Positions 10,134-21,354 of a stretch of DNA of 64,000 nucleotides are shown here, one piece after another. The stretch is from Gemmatales bacterium (GTDB lineage: Bacteria > Planctomycetota > Planctomycetia > Gemmatales > HRBIN36). Within the stretch, counting starts at the first letter, position 1, and the number at the start of each line of letters is the position of its first letter. A program made the translations under genes and the position numbers. Location of the stretch: the NCBI GenBank assembly GCA_041640595.1, contig JBEPZY010000006.1, forward strand, positions 191,607 through 255,606, written 5' to 3'. The notes below the pieces were generated by a model. The model did not search any database. It was not told the origin of the DNA and worked only from the letters and a program-made list of their open reading frames with translations.

Positions 10134-10204
10134 CCCTGCCTTGCTCAAGAGCACGGCCAGGGTCTGCGTCATAGTGGAGCCATTCACCAGGTCTCGGGCC
10201 GCGT

Positions 10205-12358
10205 ATGACCACAACAGCAACAACCACCGCGGAATTTCTGGAAAAACTTCCCGATCCGACAACCGGCGGCAACGTGCCGGGGCGACTTGGTTCAATTTGG
10301 CGGAATCGGTTTTACCGTATTTTCGGTTCGCCAGAGCAACGCCGGCTGGCACGAGCAGCATTGTTTATTCCGCAAATTCGCCACTGGGAACGGCAATACT
10401 GGCGGCTGAGCAATGAAGAGTTACGGCAGGTGAGTATGAGATTACGCGGTCGGGCACGCGGTGGCGAAAAACTCGACCATCTGTTACCGGAAGCGTTTGG
10501 ACTGGTATGCGTTGCCGCGTGGCGAACCCTGGGATTGCGACCGTTCGATGTCCAGCTGGCAGCCGCGGTAGTCTTGCACGATGGTGGCTTGGCAGAAGTG
10601 GTCACCGGTGAAGGCAAGACCCTCATCGCCGCCATGCCCGCATATCTGAACGCCCTGACCGGCAAGGGAGTGCACGTAACCACGGTCAATGATTATCTGG
10701 CTCGCCGCGATGCTGAGTGGATGGGAGCCATTTACCGTTTGCTCGGATTGACCGTCGGTGCTCTGCAAATGCAGATGTCGGATGAGGAACGCCGCACCAT
10801 TTACCGCTGCGATATTACCTACGGCACGGCTTCGGAATTCGGGTTTGATTTTCTTCGCGATCGTTTACGGCTTCGGGATCAGGCACGCACCGGCGGAACA
10901 CCGTTCTGGCAAGCCTGGCTTGGCGATGGACAGAGTGCACGGCCGCCTGACCCGCGCGTGCAACGGGAGCATCACTACGCCATCGTGGACGAAGCCGATA
11001 GCATCCTGATTGACGAAGCCCGTACCCCGCTCATCATCAGCACCGGCACCCAACTGGCCAGTCCTGAGGAAACCGCAGTCTTCCAGTGGGCCGATCACAT
11101 CGCCCGGCAGTTGCAATGGGAGGCACATTTTACCTTCGACATTCGCAAACAAAAAATCGAACTGACCGAAGAAGGTCGCCAGTACATTCGCTGGGCCGGC
11201 TTTCCGTCCGGGCCGAAAATTCCCGGCCTGGACAAGCTCTTCGAACACGTCGAGCGTGCTCTGTGGGCCCATCATCGCTATCGTCGCGATCAGCACTATC
11301 TCGTCGAGGATAACAAAGTCATCATCATTGACGAATATACTGGCCGACGCATGCCCGATCGCCACTGGCGGGAAGGAATGCATCAGGCCGTCGAAGCCAA
11401 GGAAGGACTGCCCATCACCAAGCCTACTGAGCATGCCGCACAAATCACCTATCAGAGCTACTTCCGGCTTTACCAGAAACTAGCGGGAATGACCGGTACA
11501 GCTTACGAAAATCGCCGCGAGCTTCGCAAGGTTTACAAGCTGGTGACGGTGCGGGTTCCGACCAATCGTCCCGTCATTCGTCAGACACTGCCTGACCGCG
11601 TTTATGCGACCGAACGTGCCAAATTCCGAGCCGTCGTTGAAGAAGTGCAGCGCTTGCGGCAACTGGGACGTCCGGTGCTGATCGGCACCCGCACGGTAAA
11701 AAAAGCGGAAACCTTAAGCCGACTTCTGGACGAAGCTGGTATCCCTCACCAGGTCCTCCATGCTCGCCAGCACGAACGCGAAGCGGAAATTGTTGCACAA
11801 GCTGGCCGACCTGGAACCGTTACCATTGCCACGAACATGGCCGGACGTGGTACCGATATCCTCCTGGGCGGTAACCCCGAATATCTGGCCTGGCAGGAAT
11901 TACGCTCATCGTATCGCTCTCGCCTGGATGTCCCGCCCGAAATCTGGCGACAAAAAGTGCGTGAAATAGCTGAACGAGAAAATATCGCTGAGTTGCATCA
12001 GCAAGTTGTTGCCGCCGGCGGATTACATGTGATCGGCACCGAACGTCACGATGCCGCTCGCATTGACCGCCAGCTGATTGGCCGCGCTGGACGTCAGGGC
12101 GATCCTGGCAGTGCACAATTTTTCCTCTCCCTTGAAGATGAGCTGCTGGAATCGCTGGGCTGGAAACGCCGCAACAAGCTCCTTGCTTTGGCCAGGCGAA
12201 ATCCCGACGCCCGGCTGGATCACCTACTACCGCTGTTCCTCAAAGCCCAGCGTCGTACTGAACGTCGCCATTATCTCCAGCGTGTGGACTTGATGGTTTA
12301 TGAGCGTGAACGCCAGGAAATTCTCAAAAATATCGGCGCCGATCCTTACGTGGACTAG
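10205..12358 (+). CDS. secA: SecA paralogue, short (717 aa), lacking most of the C-terminal region
   Basis: TGEGKTL, VTTVNDYLARRDAEWM, FGFDFLRD, IVDEADSILIDEARTPLIIS, GMTGTA, IATNMAGRGTDI, GRAGRQGDPG, FLSLEDEL. Confidence 0.9.
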   Translation: MTTTATTTAEFLEKLPDPTTGGNVPGRLGSIWRNRFYRIFGSPEQRRLARAALFIPQIRHWERQYWRLSNEELRQVSMRLRGRARGGEKLDHLLPEAFGLVCVAAWRTLGLRPFDVQLAAAVVLHDGGLAEVVTGEGKTLIAAMPAYLNALTGKGVHVTTVNDYLARRDAEWMGAIYRLLGLTVGALQMQMSDEERRTIYRCDITYGTASEFGFDFLRDRLRLRDQARTGGTPFWQAWLGDGQSARPPDPRVQREHHYAIVDEADSILIDEARTPLIISTGTQLASPEETAVFQWADHIARQLQWEAHFTFDIRKQKIELTEEGRQYIRWAGFPSGPKIPGLDKLFEHVERALWAHHRYRRDQHYLVEDNKVIIIDEYTGRRMPDRHWREGMHQAVEAKEGLPITKPTEHAAQITYQSYFRLYQKLAGMTGTAYENRRELRKVYKLVTVRVPTNRPVIRQTLPDRVYATERAKFRAVVEEVQRLRQLGRPVLIGTRTVKKAETLSRLLDEAGIPHQVLHARQHEREAEIVAQAGRPGTVTIATNMAGRGTDILLGGNPEYLAWQELRSSYRSRLDVPPEIWRQKVREIAERENIAELHQQVVAAGGLHVIGTERHDAARIDRQLIGRAGRQGDPGSAQFFLSLEDELLESLGWKRRNKLLALARRNPDARLDHLLPLFLKAQRRTERRHYLQRVDLMVYERERQEILKNIGADPYVD

Positions 12359-12499
12359 GTTCCGCTTCAGCACCCTGGTTCGTTTGTCATTCGCGAAACT
12401 CATCCCGGCTTTCGTCCGTATTGTTGTCTCCCGTCCGATTTTCCTATAACGTAGCTGGAGCCGTCTGGAAACCGCATTTCCAACCACCAGGAGGTGGAC

Positions 12500-13177
12500 A
12501 TGCGCCACGAATTCGTCCATTCTGGCCCGTTTATGATGTTGAAAGTTCATCTGGACATTGGCGAGTCGCTCAAGGCCGAGGCGGGTGCCATGGTCGCCAT
12601 GAGCGATACGCTGGACGTCGAGGGTAAGGCGGAAGGAGGCATCCTGAAAGGTCTGGGACGGTGGCTGGCAGGGGAATCGTTTTTCTTCCAGACATTGACG
12701 GCTCGGCGTGGGCCAGGAGTCGCCCTGTTAGCCCATGAATTACCAGGCGAGATTTATGCCCTTCAGCTCGACGGTAATACAGGTTACATCCTTCAAAAGG
12801 ATGGCTTTTTCGCTGCCAGCCGGGACGTCGAGATCAGCACGAAAGTGCAGAATCTCGTCAAGGGACTGTTTTCGGGAGAAGGTTTCTTCGTGCTCAAGGC
12901 CAGCGGCATGGGGACGCTGTTCGTCAGCTCCTATGGTGCTATTCATCCGATTGATCTCGCGGATGGACAGGAAATCATCATTGATAACGGCCATTTAGTT
13001 GCCTGGCCCGAGACGCTCGATTACGAAATCCAGAAAGCTTCCAGTGGCTGGATCTCTTCGTTCACCTCCGGCGAAGGACTGGTTTGCCGATTTCGCGGAC
13101 CAGGACGGATATTAATCCAGACACGCAATCCTCGCGGCTTCATCGCCTGGCTGATGCAATTTTTACCGAAGAAGTAA
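12500..13177 (+). CDS. TIGR00266 / AIM24 family protein
   Basis: AEAGAMVAMS, GESFFFQ, SGEGFFVL, IDNGHLVAW, SGEGLVCRFRGPGRILIQTRN; GGAGG RBS before ATG 12500. Confidence 0.9.
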   Translation: MRHEFVHSGPFMMLKVHLDIGESLKAEAGAMVAMSDTLDVEGKAEGGILKGLGRWLAGESFFFQTLTARRGPGVALLAHELPGEIYALQLDGNTGYILQKDGFFAASRDVEISTKVQNLVKGLFSGEGFFVLKASGMGTLFVSSYGAIHPIDLADGQEIIIDNGHLVAWPETLDYEIQKASSGWISSFTSGEGLVCRFRGPGRILIQTRNPRGFIAWLMQFLPKK

Positions 13178-13664
13178 GTAAATTCTTCGGACAGGCGCAA
13201 TCAACATCCGCACCAGCGTCGTGATTGGATGCTATTGTTCCGGTGCGTAAATGCAGACTCTCCAGCGCTGCGTTTCTGTTGTGCTCAAAATGCAGCGAGG
13301 CGTGGTTTGCTGGCAGCGGATGCTATTCGCGCATCCTGTATTGGCCAGCCCAGTAAACAGTGCTCAACTTCAACGAACCGACCAAAACGGACCATTGCGG
13401 TTCCATTCTCGCATCTAAGACTTCGCCCCTGCTAACCTTGAAGACGCCGCCGGGGAAACATTGTTGTTTGCGTCTGCTTTCGGTGTGGCAACGCACCGTC
13501 CCGGCAGCAGATCGCCTGCAATATGGAGCTGACATAACCTGCAAAGCCTGCGGCAAAACCAGCTTTGCTGTCGAGGTCGGGCTATTCACAATCCATAGGC
13601 CCTGGCGCAGGTCAACAGGTAAAAGCCGAGCGCTGCCCAGGAGGCAGTGTCATGCGACTGACAG

Positions 13665-13737
<73 letters not shown>

Positions 13738-14176
13738 GATGCTGGACTGGACAGGGTCGCTGAGGCTGGCTGACCGTTCGCGCAGTCCGTCGAGCCTTTG
13801 GCATATCACCGTTCGTCAGGCAGGTTCCAGCAGGTCGCATTCAGAATGCTTGCTGTGATCATTCGCCCGGCCGGGTCATTGTTCGCCAAGCAGGCTTTGG
13901 AATGCAGCATTCAGAATGGCCAGAAGTGCCCGGAGGCCCTGTTCCGGCAGCGACAACTAATGCTACGATTTATCAGGCGTGAGGTCAACCGTGTGGCTCA
14001 CGGTGCTGGGCAGATTGAGCGTTGACCCGTATAACACAAGAACTGCCTAGAACGAGGCAGGCATACCGGCAACGCGAAATATGTCCAGGTGCCCAGGAAG
14101 TGACTGAGAGTGCAAACGCATAATGGACTCGAATATTGACGGTCTGAAACCAGGTTGAACGGGTGTCGGTATCTGT

Positions 14177-15196
14177 ATGGATTTGCACAGCTTAACGCGA
14201 CAGCTGCTGGCCAAACAGGAATTGAGCGCAGAGCAAGTGTGGGCAGCTCTGCACGCCATGACCGAAGAAACCAGCGACAAAATCGCGGTGGCGGCGTTGT
14301 TGACAGCCTGGCGTGCCAAAGGAGAGACGCCGAATGAACTGTCAGCGGCGTGTCAATGGTTACGGCAACGTATGGTTCCGGTGGCCACGGGTGGGTTAGA
14401 AGTGCTGGACACCTGTGGTACAGGCGGCGATGAACTGGGCACATTCAACGTGAGTACGGCAGCAGCACTGGTAACAGCGGCGTGCGGCGTGCCGGTGGTC
14501 AAGCACGGTAACCGCAGTGTTTCCAGCAGAAGCGGCAGCGCTGATGTCCTGGAGCGGTTGGGTGTGCCGGTAGAGTTGACAGCACCGGACGTGGCGGCGT
14601 GTTTGCGAGATCACGGGTTTGCGTTTTGTTTTGCTCCGCGGTTTCATCCGGTGCTGGCCCAGGTAGCGGAAGTGCGACGCCGGCTCGGTTTTCGCACCAT
14701 CTTCAATCTGCTCGGGCCACTTCTGAACCCGGCAAGTGCGAAGCGGCAGTTGCTGGGTGTTGGCCGACCGGAGCTTCTTGATTTGCTGGCACAGACGTTA
14801 GCACGCCTGGGTGGGGTAGAAGCTCTGGTGGTGCACGGCAGTGACGGGCTGGATGAAATTACGCTCAGCGGACCGACCCATGTTCGCAAGGTAGTCGGCG
14901 GGAACGTCGAAGCAACCGTGTGGTATCCCGAAAGTTTCGGTTTACCGCGCTATCCTGTCGAAGCCTTTCAGGTGAGCGGGCCGGAAGAAAGTGCCGAACT
15001 GATCGTGGCGGTTTTGTCGGGTGCGAAATGCCCGGCTCGAGATCTGGTTCTGGCAAATACAGCAGCGGCGCTTTTACTGGCCGGTCGCGTATCCCGCCTG
15101 ACCGACGGCGTGCGCATCGCCGCGGAAACCGTGGATTCCGGAAAGGCCCTCGACCTGCTGCAAGCGTTGCAGCGGTCGCACCCTTCGACGCAATAA
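14177..15196 (+). CDS. trpD: Anthranilate phosphoribosyltransferase
   Basis: DTCGTGGD, FNVST, KHGNRSVSSRSGSADVLE, RTIFNLLGPLLNP, DGLDEIT. Confidence 0.95.
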   Translation: MDLHSLTRQLLAKQELSAEQVWAALHAMTEETSDKIAVAALLTAWRAKGETPNELSAACQWLRQRMVPVATGGLEVLDTCGTGGDELGTFNVSTAAALVTAACGVPVVKHGNRSVSSRSGSADVLERLGVPVELTAPDVAACLRDHGFAFCFAPRFHPVLAQVAEVRRRLGFRTIFNLLGPLLNPASAKRQLLGVGRPELLDLLAQTLARLGGVEALVVHGSDGLDEITLSGPTHVRKVVGGNVEATVWYPESFGLPRYPVEAFQVSGPEESAELIVAVLSGAKCPARDLVLANTAAALLLAGRVSRLTDGVRIAAETVDSGKALDLLQALQRSHPSTQ

Positions 15197-15550
15197 CGCC
15201 TCGCGGTTGTGGGATTAACCAGCTAACGTTTGCGAAGCGGCCAAAGTGTTGGTCAACCCCGGTGCAGCCCGACACCGGATCGGAACCGACAATTCCTGTG
15301 GCTCACTGCGAGCTATCAGCGCTGGTCGGTGTCCACCTGGCGTGGCGCAACGGATAACTTATAGTACACATGCTATCAATCGCCGCGGCGATACTGACTG
15401 GCCTCGCCAAATGCAGCGTCGCTGAAAGACGGCGGGGCTGAACTGGCCATGTCATGCAGAATGGCTCGATAGCATCGGTGCTGACTATCGGCCAAGGCTC
15501 CAATTTGCCTGTGCATTCCCCCAGGCGGTGTATCAGGAGAAAAAACGACC

Positions 15551-16135
15551 GTGACAAAAGGCATCCATGTGACGGTCTTTTGCGGTTCGCGATTCGGTCG
15601 CAGACCAGAATACGCAGAGGCAGCTCGGCAACTGGCCCGTGCACTAATCCAGCGGCAAATAACGCTCATTTATGGCGGTGGACACGTCGGATTGATGGGC
15701 GCGCTCGCTGACGCCATGCTCGCCCTGGGTGGCCAGGTGATCGGTGTAATCCCGGAAAGCATGGTCGAAAGCGAACTGGCGCACACCGGCTTGAAGGAGT
15801 TACACATTGTGCCAAGCATGCATGCACGCAAAGCGTTGATGGCGGAAAAGGCCGATGCTTTTGTGGCCCTGCCCGGCGGTTATGGCACAGCCGAAGAGTT
15901 TTTCGAAATGGTTACCTGGCGGTTACTGCGCCTGCATCGCAAACCGATCGGGTTGCTCAATGTATGTGGCTACTTCGACAACTTGCTTGCCTGGATCGAG
16001 CACGCTTTTGAAGAGGATTTCATTTCGCCCAAATACCGCGACCTGTTTGTCGTGGAAACCCAGGCCGAGGCCCTGATGGACCGTCTTCTAGCTGCCATGA
16101 AACCGACCAGCAGCGCCAATCAAATCCAGTCGTGA
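15551..16135 (+). CDS. LOG family (TIGR00730) nucleotide monophosphate phosphoribohydrolase
   Basis: VFCGS, YGGGHVGLMG, MHARKALM, ALPGGYGTAEE. Confidence 0.92.
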   Translation: MTKGIHVTVFCGSRFGRRPEYAEAARQLARALIQRQITLIYGGGHVGLMGALADAMLALGGQVIGVIPESMVESELAHTGLKELHIVPSMHARKALMAEKADAFVALPGGYGTAEEFFEMVTWRLLRLHRKPIGLLNVCGYFDNLLAWIEHAFEEDFISPKYRDLFVVETQAEALMDRLLAAMKPTSSANQIQS

Positions 16136-16168
16136 GCCGCGGAATTTCAGCGTCCGGGGCCAGTTCAA

Positions 16169-18679
16169 TCAATGCCGGAAGAGGAATTCCTTGGCGTTGA
16201 GCAAGGCCCAGTGCACATCTTCCCAGGCTCGACGTTTGTCGGAGCTGTTCTGGACATGCTGGAGAGCAGCCTGGACCTCTGAAGGTTCCGGTCGGCGGGA
16301 TAACGTGCTCAGATACAACTCCTCGACAATCTGCTGCGGGGAGAGATTCTTAGCCAGCAGCTGACCGATACGATTGTTCGGTTCGCGGAGCTTCTGATGG
16401 ATCGTGGGGCCGTTGATTAATTGCAAAGCCTGGGCGAGGTTGCTTTCGCTTTCGCGCTCGCATTCACAAGCCAGCTCACGGGCGGGCTGACCGAAGGTTT
16501 TGAGGAAAACGTGATTTACCTCGCCATCGGGTAGCTGCACTGCGCGGGTGCCAGACGGTAAACCGGCAAATCTCTCGGGCACGCCTGTCGCCTGGCTGAT
16601 AGCGTCAAGTAAGACTTCCGCCGGCAACAGCTTCGGATAACAGTGCGAGAAATACTTGTTATCTTCCTGGTTGCGATCGTTGGTTTGAGCACTGAGCTGA
16701 TAGGTACGGGAGTTGAGGATGAGACGAATGATGTGTTTGGCATCGTAGCCGTGAGCGACAAACTCACGAGCCAGAGCATCGAGCAACTCATCGTTACTGG
16801 CAGGGTTGGAGTCGCGGAAATCATCGGGTGGATCGACAATACCGCGGCCAAACAAATGGAACCAGATGCGATTGACCAGGGCTCGCGCGACAAATGGATT
16901 GTCCGGACTGGCAAGCCAGTTCGCCAGTGCCATCCGGCGATCTCCATTTTCCTGCCGGATGGCTTCCCCACCGAGGAACTTGGGCCGCACTGGCTGGTTC
17001 GTGCGGGGGTGAATCACCTCACCGCTGCGGTCAACGTACACATGCTCCGCAGCAGGAGCAGGTTTGTCCGGGCGACGCTCGTTGAGCGGGTCGTTCTTGA
17101 GTTTGACGCGAGCGAAAAACGCCGCCAGGCCGTAATAATCGTCCTGCGTCCAGCGCTCAAAGGGATGGTTATGGCATTTCGCGCACTGCAATCTTATGCC
17201 CAGGAATAACTGGGCCGTGGTTTCAGCCAGACTGGCCGGGTCGCGTGCGACACGGTAATAGTTCGCCGCCGGATTCGCGTAGGTGCTTCCGGAAGCGGTG
17301 AGTAACTCTTTCAATAACTCGTTCCAGGGTCTGTTGGCAGCAATCTGACTGCGAAGCCAGGCCTGGAATTTATGCACGCCATCAATCTGCATGGTCTTGC
17401 GGTTGGCGCGGAGCACATCTGCCCATTTGAGAGTCCAGAAGTCCGCATACTCCGGCCGTTCGAGAACACGGTCAATGAGCTTCTGCCGCTTATCCGCAGA
17501 TTTGTCGTCCAGAAAGGCCCGCACTTCGTCAGCAGTTGGCAGGATGCCGCAAACATCGAGATACACACGACGGATGAATTCAGCATCGGTGCAAAGCTCC
17601 GAAGGCGGAATCTGCAACCGCTTCAGTTTGGCAAATACCAGCCGGTCAATGAAATTGTTTTCCGGCACGTTGGGCCAGGCGAATTGCGGATCCGGCCGAA
17701 GCAAGGCCAGACGGACGGTGACCATGGTTTCCAGGTAGCGCACCAGGATGGCTACCTCGCCCGGAGCGCGGAAGCGTACCAGTCCCTGCCGATCTACCAT
17801 CGCTACGGTTTCATCGCTGGAAGTGAACACGCTTAACAAGGTCACATCGCGCCGGCTGCCATCGCTGAAATAACCAAGCACGGTCAGCTGCTGCGTTTGC
17901 CCTGGCCAGATAAGCGTCCGCGACCCGGGCAGAACTTCCAACCGTTCTAATCGGGCAGCACGCTGGCTGTCTTCCAGCTGCATACCCTCAGCGATCCATT
18001 GCCGAACCACTTCGTACCAGAATGACCCGACCGCAAAACGCTGCCCACCCTCGTGAGGAACGCGGCCAGCACCTTTCAGCAGAATCAGGCTCAGGTCGGG
18101 TTGCAACAAATTGGTGCGCCGACCGTTCATATCGCGGGTCAGCTGGAGGAAGTCCGCATCCGGATCATAGCCGCGCAGGCTGAGTTTGAAGCCATTTTTG
18201 CCGTTAGGCGTACCGTGGCAGGCTCCCATATTGCAACCGGCCACGTTGAATGCCGCGATGACCTCGTTGCGGAAACTGATGGGTGGTTTCACGCCGGCGT
18301 GTTCGACGCGCAGCGGAACGGCAACCCGCTTGCTGCCAAACTCGACGACAACCGAGCCAGAACCACCGGCCAGTGGTGTAATCACGCCGGACTCGGTGCT
18401 TTGAGCCAAATGCGGCGGTTCGACCCGATAGCGAACCGAATGGGTCAAGTCCCGCAATGCACCATCGGCATATTCGCCGGTTACCACCAGTTGTTGTCGG
18501 TCGCGACCGTGTAGCAAATGTACTTCCGCCGGCTGGACACTGAGCCGTTGCAGCGACTCCGAAGCAGGAAGGTTCGGCTTTTCCTGGGCCTGGAAATGGT
18601 GGGGACTGAGCAGGCTTGCCAGCACGGTGATAAACGGAGTGATGCCCAGTACCAGAAGCAACTGCGTTCGTTTTGGCAT
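16169..18679 (-). CDS. Planctomycete DUF1549/DUF1553 protein with Ig-like domains
   Basis: Signal peptide; two Ig-like segments; CNMGACHG; EFIRRVYLDVCGILPT; QCAKCHNHPFERWTQDDYY; VNRIWFHLFGRGIV; WALLNAKEFLFRH. Confidence 0.9.
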   Translation of the reverse strand: MPKRTQLLLVLGITPFITVLASLLSPHHFQAQEKPNLPASESLQRLSVQPAEVHLLHGRDRQQLVVTGEYADGALRDLTHSVRYRVEPPHLAQSTESGVITPLAGGSGSVVVEFGSKRVAVPLRVEHAGVKPPISFRNEVIAAFNVAGCNMGACHGTPNGKNGFKLSLRGYDPDADFLQLTRDMNGRRTNLLQPDLSLILLKGAGRVPHEGGQRFAVGSFWYEVVRQWIAEGMQLEDSQRAARLERLEVLPGSRTLIWPGQTQQLTVLGYFSDGSRRDVTLLSVFTSSDETVAMVDRQGLVRFRAPGEVAILVRYLETMVTVRLALLRPDPQFAWPNVPENNFIDRLVFAKLKRLQIPPSELCTDAEFIRRVYLDVCGILPTADEVRAFLDDKSADKRQKLIDRVLERPEYADFWTLKWADVLRANRKTMQIDGVHKFQAWLRSQIAANRPWNELLKELLTASGSTYANPAANYYRVARDPASLAETTAQLFLGIRLQCAKCHNHPFERWTQDDYYGLAAFFARVKLKNDPLNERRPDKPAPAAEHVYVDRSGEVIHPRTNQPVRPKFLGGEAIRQENGDRRMALANWLASPDNPFVARALVNRIWFHLFGRGIVDPPDDFRDSNPASNDELLDALAREFVAHGYDAKHIIRLILNSRTYQLSAQTNDRNQEDNKYFSHCYPKLLPAEVLLDAISQATGVPERFAGLPSGTRAVQLPDGEVNHVFLKTFGQPARELACECERESESNLAQALQLINGPTIHQKLREPNNRIGQLLAKNLSPQQIVEELYLSTLSRRPEPSEVQAALQHVQNSSDKRRAWEDVHWALLNAKEFLFRH

Positions 18680-19095
18680 GGGTAGGCCTCCATTCGGGCG
18701 GGAATTTTGGATGGCAGGCGTAATGGGCTGATCTACCGCGAATATCGGGGCAGGTAATTAGCGCGTCAGCTGGCTCAGGTGAGGCGCAATTAAGCCAGAG
18801 CAACCGGGCCAAATTCCGGCAGAGGATTGCGGCTGCGGATCGCCAGGGGCCAGCAAATTCACAATACCGACCCAATCGGGACTGGCCACTTGCGCCTGAG
18901 CGATCGGCCCAATCCTTTTATGCGTCGGCATCTATGGGTCATTATACAAAACTTTCGGCCGCCGGCTGACACCAACTGCCTCCTGGCAGTACACATGCAA
19001 CTTTTCGATTTGCTCAACCAGTCAAGGTCGTCTTGCCCTCACCGCTATGACTTGCGGTGTGCCTGAGGACGCAACTTTTTAGTTTGCCAGACCAA

Positions 19096-21354
19096 TCAGG
19101 GTCGTGGCTCGGTGGGAAGTGGCGTGGGTGCAGGCAATTCTGGCAACCGATCCGGCACACTCTCGGGACGAACTGATGGAACTTGCTCGCCGCTGAAGTA
19201 CGGCGGCCGAGTTCGCCCGGGCGATGAGCCAGCAGGAGGAGCAAACGGTAAACGCTTCTCCTCGGGCGGCTCCGACGGTATAGACAGCGGCTGGCGCATC
19301 GGCCTGGACGTACCCGAAAGTGTTTCCGGCAGGGGCGGCAACGTTCGCTGTTGCTGCAACAATCGTGGTAAGGGCAACACTCCGTCTTCGTCGGCTGGGA
19401 TCGGTAAAGGCGACTCGTCGCCGGAATTCGGGCTCGCGGGAGCATGTGGACGGTCGGGTGCCGCTTGCAAGATCAGGCTACGGCTGCGTTCGCGGATATG
19501 TTCGCTGGCACGGGCGCGGGCACAATCCGGCAATGGCCCTTCCACAATGGTCACGTTGTTGTGCCGCAGTAGTGTTCCCTTGTCGCGCTCGAATTCGGCC
19601 AGGGCAACGTTATACTCAGAAATGGCCACATATTCATCGCGCAGGGCTTCGGCAAATGCACGCTGAGCGTTGAGCAAAGCGGTGAGAACATCGCGGCCTT
19701 CACGAGTTTGTGCCTGTCCTGCTTCGTAAAGGCTCTGGAATGCTTCCAGTTCCTGCCGGGCTGCCTCGCGGCGAGCACGCTGAATGGAAATCTCCTGCAC
19801 TAGCTGGATAATCCGCCGGTAGCTGTCCTGCAACTGAAACTTCGTTGCCTCTTCCTGATTCCGCAAAAAGACCGTCCATTTGGCCACCTGGATTTGAGCC
19901 TGACGAAATTCCGAATAGGCTTCGCGGAAGCCTAACGGCATTTGCAGAATCAGGCCGACCTGCCAGTCGTTGAATCGTCCCTCGAAAAGGTTATGGATAG
20001 CGGAACTGGGATCGTCGCCATCGAGTTTGCGCCCCAGCGCGTTGACGTTGTAAGTAGCAAAGGTGCGCAAATCCGGAAGCAACCGGTCACGAGCCGCCAG
20101 TAATTGCAATTGGGCATGCTGCAACGCCAGTCGGGTTGAGGTCAACTCCGGGCGATTCACCAGGGCTTCGCGGAACGCTTCTTCGAAATTCGGCTGGTAC
20201 GGCGCTGTGGTGGGGGCATCCGCAGGCACCAGCCGTGTTCCGTCCTCCGCGGGCAAGCCGATCACATAACGCAACCGCCGCTCCGCTTCCAGCACGCCTG
20301 GCCTGGCACCACCGCGTCCCAGAGCTTGCAACCGCTGGGCACGGAAAACTTGATATTGCTCCTCGATCTGAGCGACGTTGTAAATCGGCTCCTGGCCAGC
20401 ATCGAATCGCGCTTTCGCCCGTTGCCAAGCCCGCAACGCCTGCCGCATGCCCACTTCCGCACTAAAAAGCTCCCAATACGCCGAATACAGATCCCAGTAC
20501 GCCCTTTCCACTCCTAATAACAGATCCTGAACGCGGCGTTGAAACTCAAACTGACTGGCGTTGTAAGTCAAGCGTGCCAGCAGAATTCCCTGGGCACGTC
20601 CCCCAACCGGTATGTTAAACAAAAGACTGCCCGGATGCGTGCTTCGTAACTGGTTGATGCCAACCCCCGCTCCCTGCAATAGCGGTTGTTCAAACGAGAA
20701 TTCCAGTACTGGGCGATAGGCCGGGTTCACACGCGCCGGCAGGTTGGAGAACTCATAATCGGTGCGGAAGGTAATGCCCGCCACGCCGCCGGTCGGCAGC
20801 GGTTTGACCAACCGGGTTTGAAACTGGGCAATGTCGCGTTCGATAACGTTTTGAAAACCAGCCTGGAACTGTTCCAGTGCCGTACCTACGGGCCGGTCCT
20901 GCTTTTGCCAGACCATTGCCGTTTGCCATACTGCGTCAAATTTGGCTAACGACGTTTCGATCTCATTCGCAAGCTCCGCAGGGTCATACGCTAGAACCCG
21001 AATCTGATCGCTTAGGAATGCCGGGTCGCTGAAACCGCCCGCTTGAACGCGAATAGGCACAGGAGCAATGCTGCCACCCTGCGACACCCGCCCGTTTTCC
21101 AGGGCCAGGGCAATGCATTCGGCCAGGGTAATGTAACGTTTGGGGGCGTCGGGATTGAGCACGGTACGAACGTCCGCGACCAAGGCCGGTTCAGCCGGCA
21201 GCGTAGTGCTACGTTCGGGCATCAAGTCGTTTTGAGAGGTCAGAAGCGCCGAGTATCGCAAAGCCGGGCCGTTAATCAGGTTGTGTTGCTGGCATCCCAT
21301 AAACACAGCCAGCAACAACACCACCGCAGCTCCTCCGCTGTGGGTCTGCCTCAT
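19096..21354 (-). CDS. TolC-family outer-membrane efflux lipoprotein with Pro-rich C-terminal tail
   Basis: Lipobox-like AVFMGC; ITLAECIALALEN, EQPLLQGAG, VERAYWDL, ALVNRPEL, PLGFRE. ATG 21354 follows a GGAG RBS; the ORF track extends further to 21453. Confidence 0.8.
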   Translation of the reverse strand: MRQTHSGGAAVVLLLAVFMGCQQHNLINGPALRYSALLTSQNDLMPERSTTLPAEPALVADVRTVLNPDAPKRYITLAECIALALENGRVSQGGSIAPVPIRVQAGGFSDPAFLSDQIRVLAYDPAELANEIETSLAKFDAVWQTAMVWQKQDRPVGTALEQFQAGFQNVIERDIAQFQTRLVKPLPTGGVAGITFRTDYEFSNLPARVNPAYRPVLEFSFEQPLLQGAGVGINQLRSTHPGSLLFNIPVGGRAQGILLARLTYNASQFEFQRRVQDLLLGVERAYWDLYSAYWELFSAEVGMRQALRAWQRAKARFDAGQEPIYNVAQIEEQYQVFRAQRLQALGRGGARPGVLEAERRLRYVIGLPAEDGTRLVPADAPTTAPYQPNFEEAFREALVNRPELTSTRLALQHAQLQLLAARDRLLPDLRTFATYNVNALGRKLDGDDPSSAIHNLFEGRFNDWQVGLILQMPLGFREAYSEFRQAQIQVAKWTVFLRNQEEATKFQLQDSYRRIIQLVQEISIQRARREAARQELEAFQSLYEAGQAQTREGRDVLTALLNAQRAFAEALRDEYVAISEYNVALAEFERDKGTLLRHNNVTIVEGPLPDCARARASEHIRERSRSLILQAAPDRPHAPASPNSGDESPLPIPADEDGVLPLPRLLQQQRTLPPLPETLSGTSRPMRQPLSIPSEPPEEKRLPFAPPAGSSPGRTRPPYFSGEQVPSVRPESVPDRLPELPAPTPLPTEPRP

